From contig OZ244170.1 in the NCBI GenBank assembly GCA_965216565.1, positions 2,912,001 to 2,976,000 of the forward strand: a DNA stretch of 64,000 nucleotides, in the 5' to 3' direction. Below are positions 1 through 10,482 of this stretch, one piece after another; position 1 is the stretch's first letter, and each line of letters begins with the position of its first letter. Under the pieces are notes generated by a model. It saw only the letters and a list, made by a program, of their open reading frames with translations, made no database searches and was not told where the DNA came from. The position numbers and the translations under genes are program-made. This DNA is from Bythopirellula sp. Its GTDB lineage: Bacteria; Planctomycetota; Planctomycetia; Pirellulales; Lacipirellulaceae.

Positions 1-1397
1 TGGCGAATGAACATTTCGACGCCCGTAATCACCTGACAGTTCCGGCTACGTGCTTCTTTGATTAGCAAAGTGGTTTCCGGATTGTAGACGGTATCGAAGA
101 CCAGTATCGAAGGCTTCAAGAAACTCTTGCCCACGGGCGACTCGTCGACGTTCGGGTGCATGCCCACCGGCGTGCAGTTCACCATAATGTCGCACAATGC
201 TCGTTGGCGTGATTCCCAGTCGATCGCTTTGCAGTCGAAAGTCTTGGCAAGCTTCTCCCCCTTTGCCAAGGTGCGAGCGGCAATAGTGACCAAAGCGCCT
301 CGGTTCCTGAGTCCGTACACAATCGGCCGCGCCACCCCGCCCGAGCCAAGCACCAGGACCCGTTTGTTTTTCAAGGGGCTTGGATTCGCACCGATCGAGC
401 CAAGTGCGTGTTCCATGCAATCCATGGCCGCGTTGTAATCGGTGTTGTAGCCCACGACCTCAGAACCGTCGAACACGACCGTATTGACTGCGGCAATGCT
501 CTTCACCGCCGGGTCGACCTTGGTCAAACTCTTGGCAATCATTTCTTTGTGTGGAATCGTCACGCTAAGCCCTCGAATTCCAAGCCGAGGTGCATCGCGC
601 ATGAACTGCTCGAGGCTATCAGCCGGCACTCGAAACGGGCAGTACACCGCATTGATTCCATTGGCATGAAAAGACGCATTGTGAACATGGGGACTCAGGC
701 TATGACCTACCGGGTCGGCAATGACTCCATACACATCGGTTTTGTCGTTGATCGATCCATACCGATAGACTTCGTTCATATGTTTGAAGCTCAGCTGACC
801 TGGGGCCAGTGCTCGCTCGTGATGAAACGTCGCGTATGTGTAGGGAGATCCAAATTTAGCGGAGAGGATGCGCGAGGGAGTGCCAATGTCTCCCATGCAC
901 ATGCCCACCGTGGGCACAGAACTTTCCTGCATGACCTCCAGCATTCGCAAGTTATCGTGCGGATCGTTTGCCATGGTGGCTAACTTCACGAAATCGGGAT
1001 CAAGCTTGCTCATCCGATTGTGAATATCGCGAAGGTCTTCCGGTGTTTTGCGAAAGTTGTGATAGCTAATAATGCGTTTCGTCTTACCAAAGCGAGGAAT
1101 CTGAGCGGCAATGTCTTCTTCGATGTCAACGTAGTCGACGCCCTCGGCAATCGCCTCGCGCAGTAGCGTCTGCCGTGCCTCCTCGGTGCCTGCCCATTTG
1201 CCGCCGTCTTCCTTGCGACGCACCGTGATGATCACTTGGCACTTGGGGGGGATATCGGCCAGTAGCCGGCCGATATTCACTCGGCTGGCGACGTAGTCGA
1301 GCCGCAACTCAACCATCTCTGCACCCTGCTCCGCAAGATGCTTATGTTCGGCCATCATGTGTTTATGTCGGCTTCTGCCGATTGCTACGCAAAGCAT
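1..1397 (-). CDS. aroE: Bifunctional type I 3-dehydroquinate dehydratase / shikimate dehydrogenase (3' end runs off window)
   Basis: Not in the ORF track. Reading minus from ATG at 1397 gives MLCVAIGRSRHKHMMAEHKHLAEQGAEMVELRLDY (AroD-like ELRLD motif), followed by SDH-like segments. Confidence 0.85.
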   Translation of the reverse strand, partial: MLCVAIGRSRHKHMMAEHKHLAEQGAEMVELRLDYVASRVNIGRLLADIPPKCQVIITVRRKEDGGKWAGTEEARQTLLREAIAEGVDYVDIEEDIAAQIPRFGKTKRIISYHNFRKTPEDLRDIHNRMSKLDPDFVKLATMANDPHDNLRMLEVMQESSVPTVGMCMGDIGTPSRILSAKFGSPYTYATFHHERALAPGQLSFKHMNEVYRYGSINDKTDVYGVIADPVGHSLSPHVHNASFHANGINAVYCPFRVPADSLEQFMRDAPRLGIRGLSVTIPHKEMIAKSLTKVDPAVKSIAAVNTVVFDGSEVVGYNTDYNAAMDCMEHALGSIGANPSPLKNKRVLVLGSGGVARPIVYGLRNRGALVTIAARTLAKGEKLAKTFDCKAIDWESRQRALCDIMVNCTPVGMHPNVDESPVGKSFLKPSILVFDTVYNPETTLLIKEARSRNCQVITGVEMFIR

Positions 1398-1450
1398 AGG
1401 AGTGGGTGTGTCACTGGGTTTGAGATGAGCGGTAAAAAAGACTTATGATT

Positions 1451-1512
1451 GTATTGGTGAGTAGGTGAGTAGGTCTCGAAACCAATACCTACTCACCTAC
1501 TCACTTACTCAC
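1451..1512. repeat. Inverted short-tandem-repeat element (GGTGAGTA)n / (TACTCACC)n
   Basis: GGTGAGTAGGTGAGTAGGT at 1456-1474 and ACCTACTCACCTACTCACTTACTCACC at about 1487-1513, between mutL and aroDE. Confidence 0.8.
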
Positions 1513-1543
1513 CCCATTATTGTGCTGCAAGGACACGCTAAAA

Positions 1544-3379
1544 TCAAATCCGCTTGAATTGTCGATCGAGTTGCTCGCGGGTAAAGACTAAGGCGGTGGG
1601 GCGCCCGTGGGGACAATGGTGGTGGTCTTGGGCCAGGTGCCGTTGTGCGAGTAACGCCTGCACTTCCTCGCTGGTGAGGGCATCGCCAAACTTCACAGCC
1701 GCTTTGCAGGCGATGCTATGCATCAGATCATCGAGCAGGTCGCGAGGTTCGGGCGTTTTACCCTCGGTCTGCAATTGTTCCGCCAAACTCCGCAGCACAT
1801 CGCCGGGGCTGAAGTTTGCCAGCATGGCGGGATAAGCACTGAGCAGAACCGTTTCGCCGCCAAATTCTTTGACCTCCAACCCCAGGCTGGCCAGCAATTC
1901 GCGATTCTCTAAAACGGCTGCTGCCTCCGCTGCCGCCAAGTCGACAGGCTCCGGCACTAGCAGACGCTGACTCTCCAAGACTCCAGCCAACACTTTTTCG
2001 CGCAGCGACTCGTAAAGAATCCGCTCGTGGAGTGCATGCTGGTCGATGACTTCTAGGCCATCTTCATTTTCCACGACCAAGTAGCGATTGTGAATTTGTA
2101 GCGCACTCGTAGCATCGGGTGGATCGACCCTTTGATAGTATTCCCCAACCGCGGACATGGGCTGATTCGTTGGCTGACTCGCAGCTGGGAAATCGTGCAG
2201 GCGAAGCGGACCGGCGGACGCACCACTGTCGGCGGGGCTCTGCAGACCGCCCTGCCCCGCCCAGTTGGATTCGGAACCTGAACCAAGTTGACGTTTGGCC
2301 CAATCGAACAATTCGCTGCTTTTAGGTGTACTCTGCGCAATCTCATCGCTCTCGTCACCCTGGGACGGAACGGACCCGCGGGCCACTAAGTCGGTCGACA
2401 AGAACTTACTGCGTAACGTTCCCAACAATTGGCTATACAGGCGGCCGCCATCTTGAAATCGCACTTCCAGCTTGGTGGGATGCACATTCACATCTACCAT
2501 GGCTGGCGGGATCTGCAGCGAGAGGAAACAAATAGGATATCGGCCCGTGAGTAGCAACCCACGATAGGCTTCCCCCAGAGCGTGCTGCAGAGAACGGTCG
2601 CGGATGGTGCGGCCATTGAGAAATAAATACTGTAGGCGATTGTTGCCCCGGTTTTGGGTCGGATTGGCAACATAGCCACGCAAACTGATTTCGCTCTCCT
2701 CGCTTTCGACAGGAATCAAATTCTCGGCGATCTCTTGCCCGAAGAGCGCCGCAACACGATCTCTCAAATCGGTAACTGGAGGCAAATCGTGCATCAAGCG
2801 ATTGCCATGGGTCAGTGTAAAATGAACCTGCGGATTGCCCAGGGCTAACCGCGTGACTGCCTCGCTGATATGCCCCATTTCCGTCTGCGTGGTCCGCATA
2901 AATTTGTGACGAACGGGCGTGTTATAGAAAAGTTGTCGCACTTCGATGGAAGTCCCTTGAGGCGATCCAACTGGCTGAATGGGTTCGGCCACGCCGCCCA
3001 CGATTTCCAGCACCGCGCCCGACTCGCAGTCTTCTGGACGGCTGGTAATCACCATGCGGCTGACAGCGGCGATCGAAGCGAGGGCTTCGCCGCGGAATCC
3101 TAGCGATTCGACCGAGAACAAGTCGTCGGCGGTAGAAATCTTGCTGGTTGCATGACTCGCCACGGCAAGTGACAGTTGGTCCGCTCCGATACCGCAACCG
3201 TTGTCGGTGATACGAATGAGCTCCGCCCCACCCTTCTCCACCGTCACATCAACACGATCGGCTCCCGCGTCGATGGAGTTCTCCACCAATTCCTTCACCA
3301 CACTCGCCGGACGCTCGATCACTTCGCCGGCGGCAATTTTGTTGATGATGCTCGTGGATAGTTGGCGAATTTCTGGCAT
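1544..3379 (-). CDS. mutL: DNA mismatch repair endonuclease MutL
   Basis: IAAGEVIERPASVVKELVENSIDAG, GFRGEAL, DVNVHPTK; C-terminal endonuclease motifs DQHALHERILYE, ACK, CPHGRP. Confidence 0.98.
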   Translation of the reverse strand: MPEIRQLSTSIINKIAAGEVIERPASVVKELVENSIDAGADRVDVTVEKGGAELIRITDNGCGIGADQLSLAVASHATSKISTADDLFSVESLGFRGEALASIAAVSRMVITSRPEDCESGAVLEIVGGVAEPIQPVGSPQGTSIEVRQLFYNTPVRHKFMRTTQTEMGHISEAVTRLALGNPQVHFTLTHGNRLMHDLPPVTDLRDRVAALFGQEIAENLIPVESEESEISLRGYVANPTQNRGNNRLQYLFLNGRTIRDRSLQHALGEAYRGLLLTGRYPICFLSLQIPPAMVDVNVHPTKLEVRFQDGGRLYSQLLGTLRSKFLSTDLVARGSVPSQGDESDEIAQSTPKSSELFDWAKRQLGSGSESNWAGQGGLQSPADSGASAGPLRLHDFPAASQPTNQPMSAVGEYYQRVDPPDATSALQIHNRYLVVENEDGLEVIDQHALHERILYESLREKVLAGVLESQRLLVPEPVDLAAAEAAAVLENRELLASLGLEVKEFGGETVLLSAYPAMLANFSPGDVLRSLAEQLQTEGKTPEPRDLLDDLMHSIACKAAVKFGDALTSEEVQALLAQRHLAQDHHHCPHGRPTALVFTREQLDRQFKRI

Positions 3380-3481
3380 GGGACAGATTATTCAAGTTTC
3401 ATTAAAAAAGAGATACTTGGAAATGATGACGATGCAATGGCCAACTGTTTTTCACTTTACAACTGACAGCGTAAGTTTTGG

Positions 3482-3719
3482 ACCACGAATGGACACGAAT
3501 CTACACGAATGAAACATACAGAATTGGAGATTACTGTCATTCCGAGGTCCGCCGAGGAATCTAGTCTGCCCCCTAAGTATTTCAGCGTCATAGATACTGA
3601 ACTAGCCGAAAGTGAACACAGGACTACCCATAACTCCCCAGTTGTTTGAAATGTTGATTGAGATACCGTCCAGTAATGCTACTTGAATTCATTCATGTAG
3701 ATCCGTGTCCATTCGTGGT
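3482..3719. repeat. Long inverted-repeat element with ACACGAAT-type internal repeats
   Basis: Arms 3482-3513 and 3688-3719 are reverse complements at 30/32 nt. Confidence 0.85.
3534..3562 (+). repeat. REP-like element CTGTCATTCCGAGG..CGAGGAATCT, copy 1
   Basis: Near-identical copies at 30171-30199 (minus) and 47205-47233. Confidence 0.8.
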
Positions 3720-3806
3720 TAAAACAACTCCACTCCATCAATCTGTGTCGTGCTCCGATTCACCCATCCCCGCTATCTCCAACATCCCCCAGTTCCTTCG
3801 CCTCAA

Positions 3807-5201
3807 TCAAAGATTGAATTCCTTGATCTTGCGATAAAGCGTGCGCTGGCCAATTCCCAGGAGGTTAGCCGCCTCTTCGCGGTTTCCGCCGGTGAACTGC
3901 AGCGTTTCGGCGATGAACATCCCTTCGATTTCTGAGAGGGGCTTACCAACAAGCTCACCCAGCCCCCGCCCGTTTGCGTCGGCGACCGTCGACTCTCCCG
4001 CGGCCAGATCGTCGGGCAAGTCGTCCACGTCGAGCACTCCGTCATAGTCGACAACCACCATACTTTCGATCGTGTTTTTCAACTGACGAACGTTCCCAGG
4101 CCAATTGAATGCCATCAGACGCCGACGCGCGGCTGTCGACATCCCAGAGATTTCTTTGTTGTGCCGTTGGGTGTGCATTTTGAAGAAATGCTCGATCAAT
4201 AGCGGAATGTCCTGACTGCGATCGGCAAGCCGCGGCAAATCGATCGTGACCACCTTGATCCGATGGTACAGATCTTCGCGAAAGGTACCCGCTTCAATCG
4301 CTTCCTCGAGGTCACGGTTCGTTGCGGACAAGATTCGCACATTGACCTGAATCGGTTCGTTTGAACCGACCCGCGTGATCTCGTTGCTTTCCAGCACGCG
4401 CAGCAATTTGATCTGAGTGGGTAGTGGCATATCGCCCACTTCATCGAGAAACAGGGTACCACCATGGGCATATTCGAACTTGCCGACCCGATCGGCGCTG
4501 GCATCGGTAAATGCCCCTTTGATGTGACCGAACAGTTCGCTTTCCAGAATATTCTCGCTGAGCGCGGCACAATTGAGGCCCACGAAGGGTCGGCCCTTGC
4601 GAGGGCTATTTTGATGAATGGCCTGGGCAACCAGTTCTTTCCCCGTGCCGGTATCTCCCTTAATCAAGACCGTGGCATCGGTGGGTGCGATCCGTCGGAG
4701 CCGATCGATTACCTCGTGCATCTGTGGGCTATTCCCTACGACGCCCTCGAAGCCAAATTTTTCGTCAAGCCGACGACTCAGTTCTGCATTCGCTCGACGC
4801 AGATGTTGGTTGCGGGCCGCGTTGTCGACCACCGCTCGCAGTTGCTTGAGATCGAGTGGCTTCAGCAGGTAGTTGAACGCTCCCTGCTGCATTGCCTCGA
4901 CGGCAGACTGCACCGTGCCGTGCCCTGTGACGAGAATGACCTCCGCATCTGGCTGGGCCTCTTTCGCCGCGGACAGAATCTCTAGGCCACCCACATCGGG
5001 CATCTTCAAATCGCTAATCACGATTTCGAATGTCGATTTCGCCAACAGCTCGGCACCTTCCGAGCCCGAGGTAGCTACCGTGCAATCGTAACCTACGCTC
5101 GATAGGCTATCGGCCAACGTTTCGGCGTGGGCCGGATCGTTGTCGATGACAAGAGCGCGAATTGGAGGGCCAGTGCTGGCTACGTTCTTAGTTTTGGCCA
5201 T
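3807..5201 (-). CDS. Sigma-54-dependent response regulator (NtrC/AtoC family)
   Basis: Receiver domain (SDLKMP), GDTGTGKE Walker [31 protein letters not shown]-terminal HTH. Confidence 0.95.
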   Translation of the reverse strand: MAKTKNVASTGPPIRALVIDNDPAHAETLADSLSSVGYDCTVATSGSEGAELLAKSTFEIVISDLKMPDVGGLEILSAAKEAQPDAEVILVTGHGTVQSAVEAMQQGAFNYLLKPLDLKQLRAVVDNAARNQHLRRANAELSRRLDEKFGFEGVVGNSPQMHEVIDRLRRIAPTDATVLIKGDTGTGKELVAQAIHQNSPRKGRPFVGLNCAALSENILESELFGHIKGAFTDASADRVGKFEYAHGGTLFLDEVGDMPLPTQIKLLRVLESNEITRVGSNEPIQVNVRILSATNRDLEEAIEAGTFREDLYHRIKVVTIDLPRLADRSQDIPLLIEHFFKMHTQRHNKEISGMSTAARRRLMAFNWPGNVRQLKNTIESMVVVDYDGVLDVDDLPDDLAAGESTVADANGRGLGELVGKPLSEIEGMFIAETLQFTGGNREEAANLLGIGQRTLYRKIKEFNL

Positions 5202-5412
5202 GTTCGATGTTCAGTTTATTTGAACAGGAGGCAACGGAGTAAACGGAGTTTCTCAAGTGAGCATCAAATAAGGGAGTTGATCGCAGGATCGACGAGCAGC
5301 GTTGAATCGAGCCCGCGGCGAACACCTAGGCTCACCAACACCGCCGATACCTCGGTTTTCTCCAGTAAAGATTAATCTCTTTGTGTTGTAACTAAACGGT
5401 GTGGTGAGATCA

Positions 5413-6186
5413 TCAATTCTCAATAATGGCCTGATGATCTTGGGGCAAACGTGCCGGTACGGGCAGGGTGACGGTGAACTGGGTGCCTCGGCCAACTTCA
5501 CTTTGCACCGTAATTCGACCCCCGTGCGCCTCGATAATTTTTGCGGTAGTCGGCAGCCCCAGTCCAGAGCCGCCCGGTTTGGTTGAGTAAAACGTGTCGA
5601 ACATTTGGGCCGCGGTGCTCTCGTCCATTCCGCAACCCGTGTCGATCAACAATAGCGAAACGCTGTCGCCGGAGGCAGTGGTGCGGGCCACCAACTGCCC
5701 TCCATGCGGCATGGCCTGCTTGGCATTGATTAGCAAATTGAGCAACGCACCCCGAAATGCTTCGCGATCCAGCAACACGCTGGGCAGCTCTGGATCGAGG
5801 TAACGGATCATTTCGATCTCTTCCAATTCGAATTCTGGGGTACAGAAATCAAGAGCCTCGCCAATCTCCAAATTCAAATCGCATGGTTGCAAATCGAGGT
5901 GTCGCACCTTGGCATAGTTGAGAAAATCATCAAGTAATTGTTGTAGTCGCTGACACTCGCGATGTGTAACCTCGATGCGCTTCAACGCTCTCTTTTGAGC
6001 CGGTGATTCGGTTTCGTCCAGGTCTTCCGCAAGCAATTCCATATTTAGCCGAATGGTCGATAGGGGATTCTTGATCTCGTGTGCCAGTGCACCGGCCAGG
6101 CGCGCAATCTCGGTGTATTGGTCCATCAAACGCTGAACCGCTTGCGACGTTTGATCTTTGCCTGAGTTTTTCGAATCTTCGGCCAT
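5413..6186 (-). CDS. Histidine kinase (HisKA + HATPase) with no evident sensor domain
   Basis: AHEIKNPL H-box, NLLINAKQA N-box, DTGCG, GSGLGL; likely ATG at 6186 (MAEDSK). Confidence 0.9.
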   Translation of the reverse strand: MAEDSKNSGKDQTSQAVQRLMDQYTEIARLAGALAHEIKNPLSTIRLNMELLAEDLDETESPAQKRALKRIEVTHRECQRLQQLLDDFLNYAKVRHLDLQPCDLNLEIGEALDFCTPEFELEEIEMIRYLDPELPSVLLDREAFRGALLNLLINAKQAMPHGGQLVARTTASGDSVSLLLIDTGCGMDESTAAQMFDTFYSTKPGGSGLGLPTTAKIIEAHGGRITVQSEVGRGTQFTVTLPVPARLPQDHQAIIEN

Positions 6187-6293
6187 AGTTGCTTCGCACT
6201 GCGGACTGAGCAATCCTACTATCATAAAGCAATCGGGGAGCGGCGAGCTAGGACTGGCACAGTATTTCTAGCGAATGGGAGATGGCATGGACG

Positions 6294-6325
6294 AAAAAAG
6301 CCGCAGGCATTTCGCCTGCGGCTTT
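6294..6325 (-). terminator. Rho-independent terminator of pnp
   Basis: Minus strand AAAGCCGCAGGC-GAAAT-GCCTGCGGCTTTTTT, just after the pnp stop. Confidence 0.85.
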
Positions 6326-6351
6326 CGGAACTTCAAATCGATAGACAGGGT

Positions 6352-8505
6352 CTAGCTGGTGGCGTCAGCCGTTTCGCTTTCGCCCTTGGCATCCTCACCA
6401 TCGCCATCACCTGCAAGTTCTTGCATGGCGACCCGGCGGCTTAGCTTCACACGATCTTGCTCATCGACAGCAATAACTTTTACCTTCATGGCATCGCCTA
6501 CCGAACAAATATCGGCGACGTTGCCCACGTACTCGTCAGAGAGTTCGCTAATGTGGCACAGTCCGTCGCGGCCGGGGAGGATTTCCACAAAGGCACCAAA
6601 GTCCTTGACGCTAGTGACGGTGCCATCGTAGATTTTGCCAACCTGCACACTGGCGGTCAGGGCATCGACACGAGCCAGGCCTGCCTCGGCAATCTCCTGG
6701 TCGGCACCTGCAACGGTGACGGTGCCATCCTCTTCGACATCAATCGTGCAACCAACGTCTTCTTGGATTCCACGGATCGTCTTGCCACCAGGACCAATGA
6801 GGAGGCCAATCTTTTCGGGATTGATCTTCGTCCGTAGCAAGCGAGGAGCACTAGCGGCAGTAGTGCCTCTAGGCCGAGGAATCACCGACAGCATGTTGCG
6901 AAGGATTTCAATTCTTGCTTCTCGCGATTGAGCGAGCGTAGCCCGAATGATTTCTTCGCTGATCCCTTTGATCTTCAGATCGAGCTGAATGCCGGTGATA
7001 CCGTTCTGAGTACCTGCGATCTTGAAATCCATGTCGCCGAAGTGATCTTCGTCGCCAATGATGTCGGTCAGCAGCACAAACTTTTCACCTTCCTTGACGA
7101 GTCCCACCGAAATGCCGGCAACCGGGTTGGTGATCGGCACACCAGCAGCCATCAGGCCCAGAGTTGCACCGCACACGCTCGCCATGGAACTGGAACCGTT
7201 CGACTCCAAGATGTCGGAGATAATTCGCACGGTGTAAGGAAAATCGTCGTGGTCGGGGAGCACAGGATTCACGCTCCGCTCGGCCAAGGCACCGTGGCCA
7301 ATTTCTCGACGGCCTGGGCCACGGATGGGTCGTACTTCGCCCACCGAGAACGAAGGGAAGTTGTAATCCAGCATGAACCGCTTCGAATATTCTTCGAACA
7401 GCCCATCGACACGCTGCTCATCGCGGCCCGTGCCCAACACAACGGTAATGAGCGATTGCGTTTCGCCGCGTTGGAAAACTGCCGAGCCATGAACGCGTGG
7501 CAACAGATCGACTTCGCAAATGATTTCGCGAAGCTCATCGGGTCCGCGTCCATCGGAACGCTTACCTTCTAGGATTAGCTGACGGATGACATGCTCTTCC
7601 AAATCGTGCCAGCTCTTGCCAAACGAATTTGTCGTGTAGGCGCCTTCGGCATCGGGATCGGGAATCAGCTCTTCCAAGGCTTCTTTCTTGAGCGAGCTAA
7701 CCGCCTCGGCTCGATCGTGCTTGCCTTCGGTTTGACGCGCTTCGCGAAGCCGGTCGGTGTATTTATCAGCCAACACGTCGTACAGACCGTCCGACTCAGG
7801 AGTCTGGAAATCCATCTTCTGGACGTTGACCTTGTCGATCAGCTCTTGCTGAAGATCGCACAACTCGCAGATCACCTCGTGGGCCTTCATAATGGCCTCG
7901 GCCATCGTGTCTTCGGGAAGTTCCCGAGCGAAGCCCTCGATCATCAGCACGGCGTCTTTGTTGCCGGAGACAATCAAATCGAGCGTGCTGCTTTCCAGAT
8001 CGTCTTGCGTGGGGAATGGCACGAATTCGCCATCCACACATCCCATTCGCACAGAAGCCAATGGCCCCTGGAATGGCAAGGGAGATAAGCCAAGCGCCGC
8101 ACAGGCGCCGTTCATCGCCAGCACATCGCCGTCGGTTTGCTGATCACTAGAGAGCACGAAGTTCTGGATTTGAACTTCATCTTGATACCCTTCGGTAAAC
8201 ATCGGCCGAATCGGACGATCGATCAGCCGGGCGGTGAGTGTTTCTTTCATGGTGGGACGTCCCTCACGCTTGAGGAACCCACCGGGGAACTTGCCGGCTG
8301 CCGCCTGCCGCTCGCGATAGTCGCACATCAACGGGAAGAAATCGATTCCCGGACGCGCGGGGCCTGCAGCCGCTGCGGAGAGGACCACGGTATCGCCATA
8401 TTGAACCGTGCAGCACCCAGCTGCCTGTTTGGCCAATGCACCTGTTTCAATCGAGAATACGCCTGCACCAATTTTCTTTTCTACTTTTATTCTTTCCACT
8501 TTCAC
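6352..8505 (-). CDS. pnp: Polyribonucleotide nucleotidyltransferase
   Basis: FFPLMCDYRE, RRE IGHG, ESNGSSSMASVC, GDMDFKIAGT, KH and S1 domains. Confidence 0.98.
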   Translation of the reverse strand: MKVERIKVEKKIGAGVFSIETGALAKQAAGCCTVQYGDTVVLSAAAAGPARPGIDFFPLMCDYRERQAAAGKFPGGFLKREGRPTMKETLTARLIDRPIRPMFTEGYQDEVQIQNFVLSSDQQTDGDVLAMNGACAALGLSPLPFQGPLASVRMGCVDGEFVPFPTQDDLESSTLDLIVSGNKDAVLMIEGFARELPEDTMAEAIMKAHEVICELCDLQQELIDKVNVQKMDFQTPESDGLYDVLADKYTDRLREARQTEGKHDRAEAVSSLKKEALEELIPDPDAEGAYTTNSFGKSWHDLEEHVIRQLILEGKRSDGRGPDELREIICEVDLLPRVHGSAVFQRGETQSLITVVLGTGRDEQRVDGLFEEYSKRFMLDYNFPSFSVGEVRPIRGPGRREIGHGALAERSVNPVLPDHDDFPYTVRIISDILESNGSSSMASVCGATLGLMAAGVPITNPVAGISVGLVKEGEKFVLLTDIIGDEDHFGDMDFKIAGTQNGITGIQLDLKIKGISEEIIRATLAQSREARIEILRNMLSVIPRPRGTTAASAPRLLRTKINPEKIGLLIGPGGKTIRGIQEDVGCTIDVEEDGTVTVAGADQEIAEAGLARVDALTASVQVGKIYDGTVTSVKDFGAFVEILPGRDGLCHISELSDEYVGNVADICSVGDAMKVKVIAVDEQDRVKLSRRVAMQELAGDGDGEDAKGESETADATS

Positions 8506-8786
8506 ATTTCCTAACTAATTGGGAATCTCCAAGAGGTCCTCGTCGTTCGCAGTGACGAACCGCACAAAGCGGCTGCCGACGGTTTGATGTACGAGGCTGA
8601 AGTTGGCCGAGAAGTTCATTTACGGCATACACTCTCTCGAGCGATGCCTTCCGAAGCAGAGGGAATAGAGGATTCAAGGCGGGGGTACGGGACGATCCCG
8701 CAATCGCGCTTCTCTCGCTCTGCCATCCTGGGCAGGCCTTAGCGAAGTCCTGGCTAGAAACGGAGTTTCGATTACCTGCGTCGCAA

Positions 8787-9056
8787 CTACTTACGAATGT
8801 CTAAACGACGAAGCAAGTCGAGATACATTTGTGGATTCACTCGCTTGACGTAGTCGAGCAACCGACGACGTCGGCTAACCATTCGCAACAATCCGCGACG
8901 GCTCGCAAAATCTTTGGGGTGAACCTTCATATGCTGGGTCATTTCAGCGATACGTGAAGTGAGGATCGAAATCTGCACTTCGGGCGAACCGGTGTCTGAA
9001 GCACCGCGTCCATATTCTTGAACCAACTCTTCTTTACGCTGTTTTGTGACCGACAT
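8787..9056 (-). CDS. rpsO: 30S ribosomal protein S15
   Basis: DTGSPEVQI, HPKDFASRRGL; canonical rpsO-pnp order. Confidence 0.98.
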   Translation of the reverse strand: MSVTKQRKEELVQEYGRGASDTGSPEVQISILTSRIAEMTQHMKVHPKDFASRRGLLRMVSRRRRLLDYVKRVNPQMYLDLLRRLDIRK

Positions 9057-9561
9057 AGTTTTCCGCTTCTAAACTTTCCTTGAGGGACTTTCCTGGAGGG
9101 CATGTGAACGCATGCAAACGGGATATGTTTGCTGGCGCTCGGCGAGCTATCCTCGATGAACCAGCTCTGGGACCAACTGTTTTCCTACTGAGATTCTTCC
9201 TACAACATTGACATAGTATTTTCACAATCTACATACGAATCATACAATCTACCGGACTCGCACTGGCCTGCAACCTCAAATGGGGCCCGATTCCGACTAT
9301 TTCCAGCGTTTTCGGCGGTCTTGGGGCCCAATGGCCCGGTCTGAACCGGAGGCCGTCGATGGCCCCCAGCGTCGGGTCTTTGCAATTATCGCCACTGGTC
9401 GTTGCAATCATCACCACTGGCAATCTTGGGTTTCCGACCCGATACTTAGGATCCGCCGACTCGAAGGTCGATTTCCGGCAAGAATTGGCCCGCTGAACGA
9501 ATAGCATGCGAAGATTCGCTCAGTTCAATACATAGCTTAATGTAAGAGGAACAATCCGCCT

Positions 9562-10278
9562 GTGGGTAGTGTCGCCGTTGTTATCTTCATTTTTGTGATT
9601 GTCTTGCCCCTCGCAATCGCGGCGGCCTACTACTCTTATCTCCAACGCCAAAAACGTTTGGCCGACCTCTCGGCACTCGCCTCCCGAAACAACTGGAGTT
9701 TCCGATCCGCCAGCAATTACGCTCACGACGGCGAATATCCGCAATTCAGCATCTTCCGCGAGGGACACTCTCGCTACGCCTACAACACCATGCGGGGAAC
9801 TATCGAAACCCATGGCGGGCTTTGCCCAATCCAGCTCGGCGACTACCACTACAAGATTACGACGCACAACGGGAAGAGTAGCTCCACCCGCACCTATCAA
9901 TTCAGCTATGGAATCGTAGAGTTGCCGTACGTCGATCTGCCTGATCTTTCGTTCCGTCGAGAGGGCTTTTTCGACAAGGTGGCCGGGTTCTTTGGCTTCG
10001 ACGATATCGATTTCGAATCGGCAGAGTTTAGCGATCAATTTAGCGTGAAGGGCTCCAACAAGAAATTCGCCTACAGCGTGATTGACCCACGCATGATGGA
10101 ATTCCTGCTTTCCTCCAGTCCCCCCATCACTCAGATCGCTGGCGGAGCCTGCTGCATCTACGACTCGAAAATTTGCTGGTCCCCCGAACAGTTTCAAACA
10201 AGGGTCGATTGGCTGCACACTTTCTTCCAGCACTGGCCTCGGCATGTAGTCGACGCCTTGTCGGAAAGAACGGTCTAA
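9562..10278 (+). CDS. Membrane-anchored protein (DUF3137-like) paired with LemA
   Basis: N-terminal TM helix, DIDFESAEFSDQFSV motif; directly upstream of lemA. Confidence 0.65.
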   Translation: MGSVAVVIFIFVIVLPLAIAAAYYSYLQRQKRLADLSALASRNNWSFRSASNYAHDGEYPQFSIFREGHSRYAYNTMRGTIETHGGLCPIQLGDYHYKITTHNGKSSSTRTYQFSYGIVELPYVDLPDLSFRREGFFDKVAGFFGFDDIDFESAEFSDQFSVKGSNKKFAYSVIDPRMMEFLLSSSPPITQIAGGACCIYDSKICWSPEQFQTRVDWLHTFFQHWPRHVVDALSERTV

Positions 10279-10301
10279 CATATAGACAGCACGACTCTTT
10301 T

Positions 10302-10420
10302 TAGCCACAGAGGTCACAGAGAACACGGAGGGAGATCGTTACTTTCCATACGCATTTTGAAAGAAAAGCTGTGCCACTGGGTTAGAGTCTTCTCTATTAT
10401 CTCTGTGGACTCCGTGACTA
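10302..10420. repeat. Inverted short-repeat element (CACAGAG-type)
   Basis: TAGCCACAGAGGTCACAGAGAACACGGAG (10302-10330) and the imperfect reverse complement at 10392-10420. Confidence 0.7.
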
Positions 10421-10482
10421 GATTTTTCGAAGATTCACATAACATTCGACTAGATCGGTTTGCTCAAGACTCCAAGTCCACT

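Noticed and set aside
46..983. Short ORFs listed at the window start
   Set aside because: They overlap the real minus-strand aroDE frame, which the track missed because it runs off the edge.
6253..6270. Sigma-54 promoter-like TGGCACAGTATTTCT
   Set aside because: It lacks the conserved GC at -12 and points away from the kinase gene.
8506..9230. S15 autoregulatory leader or RNase III stem around rpsO-pnp
   Set aside because: Plausible by analogy, but I could not define a specific structure by eye; it needs covariance analysis.
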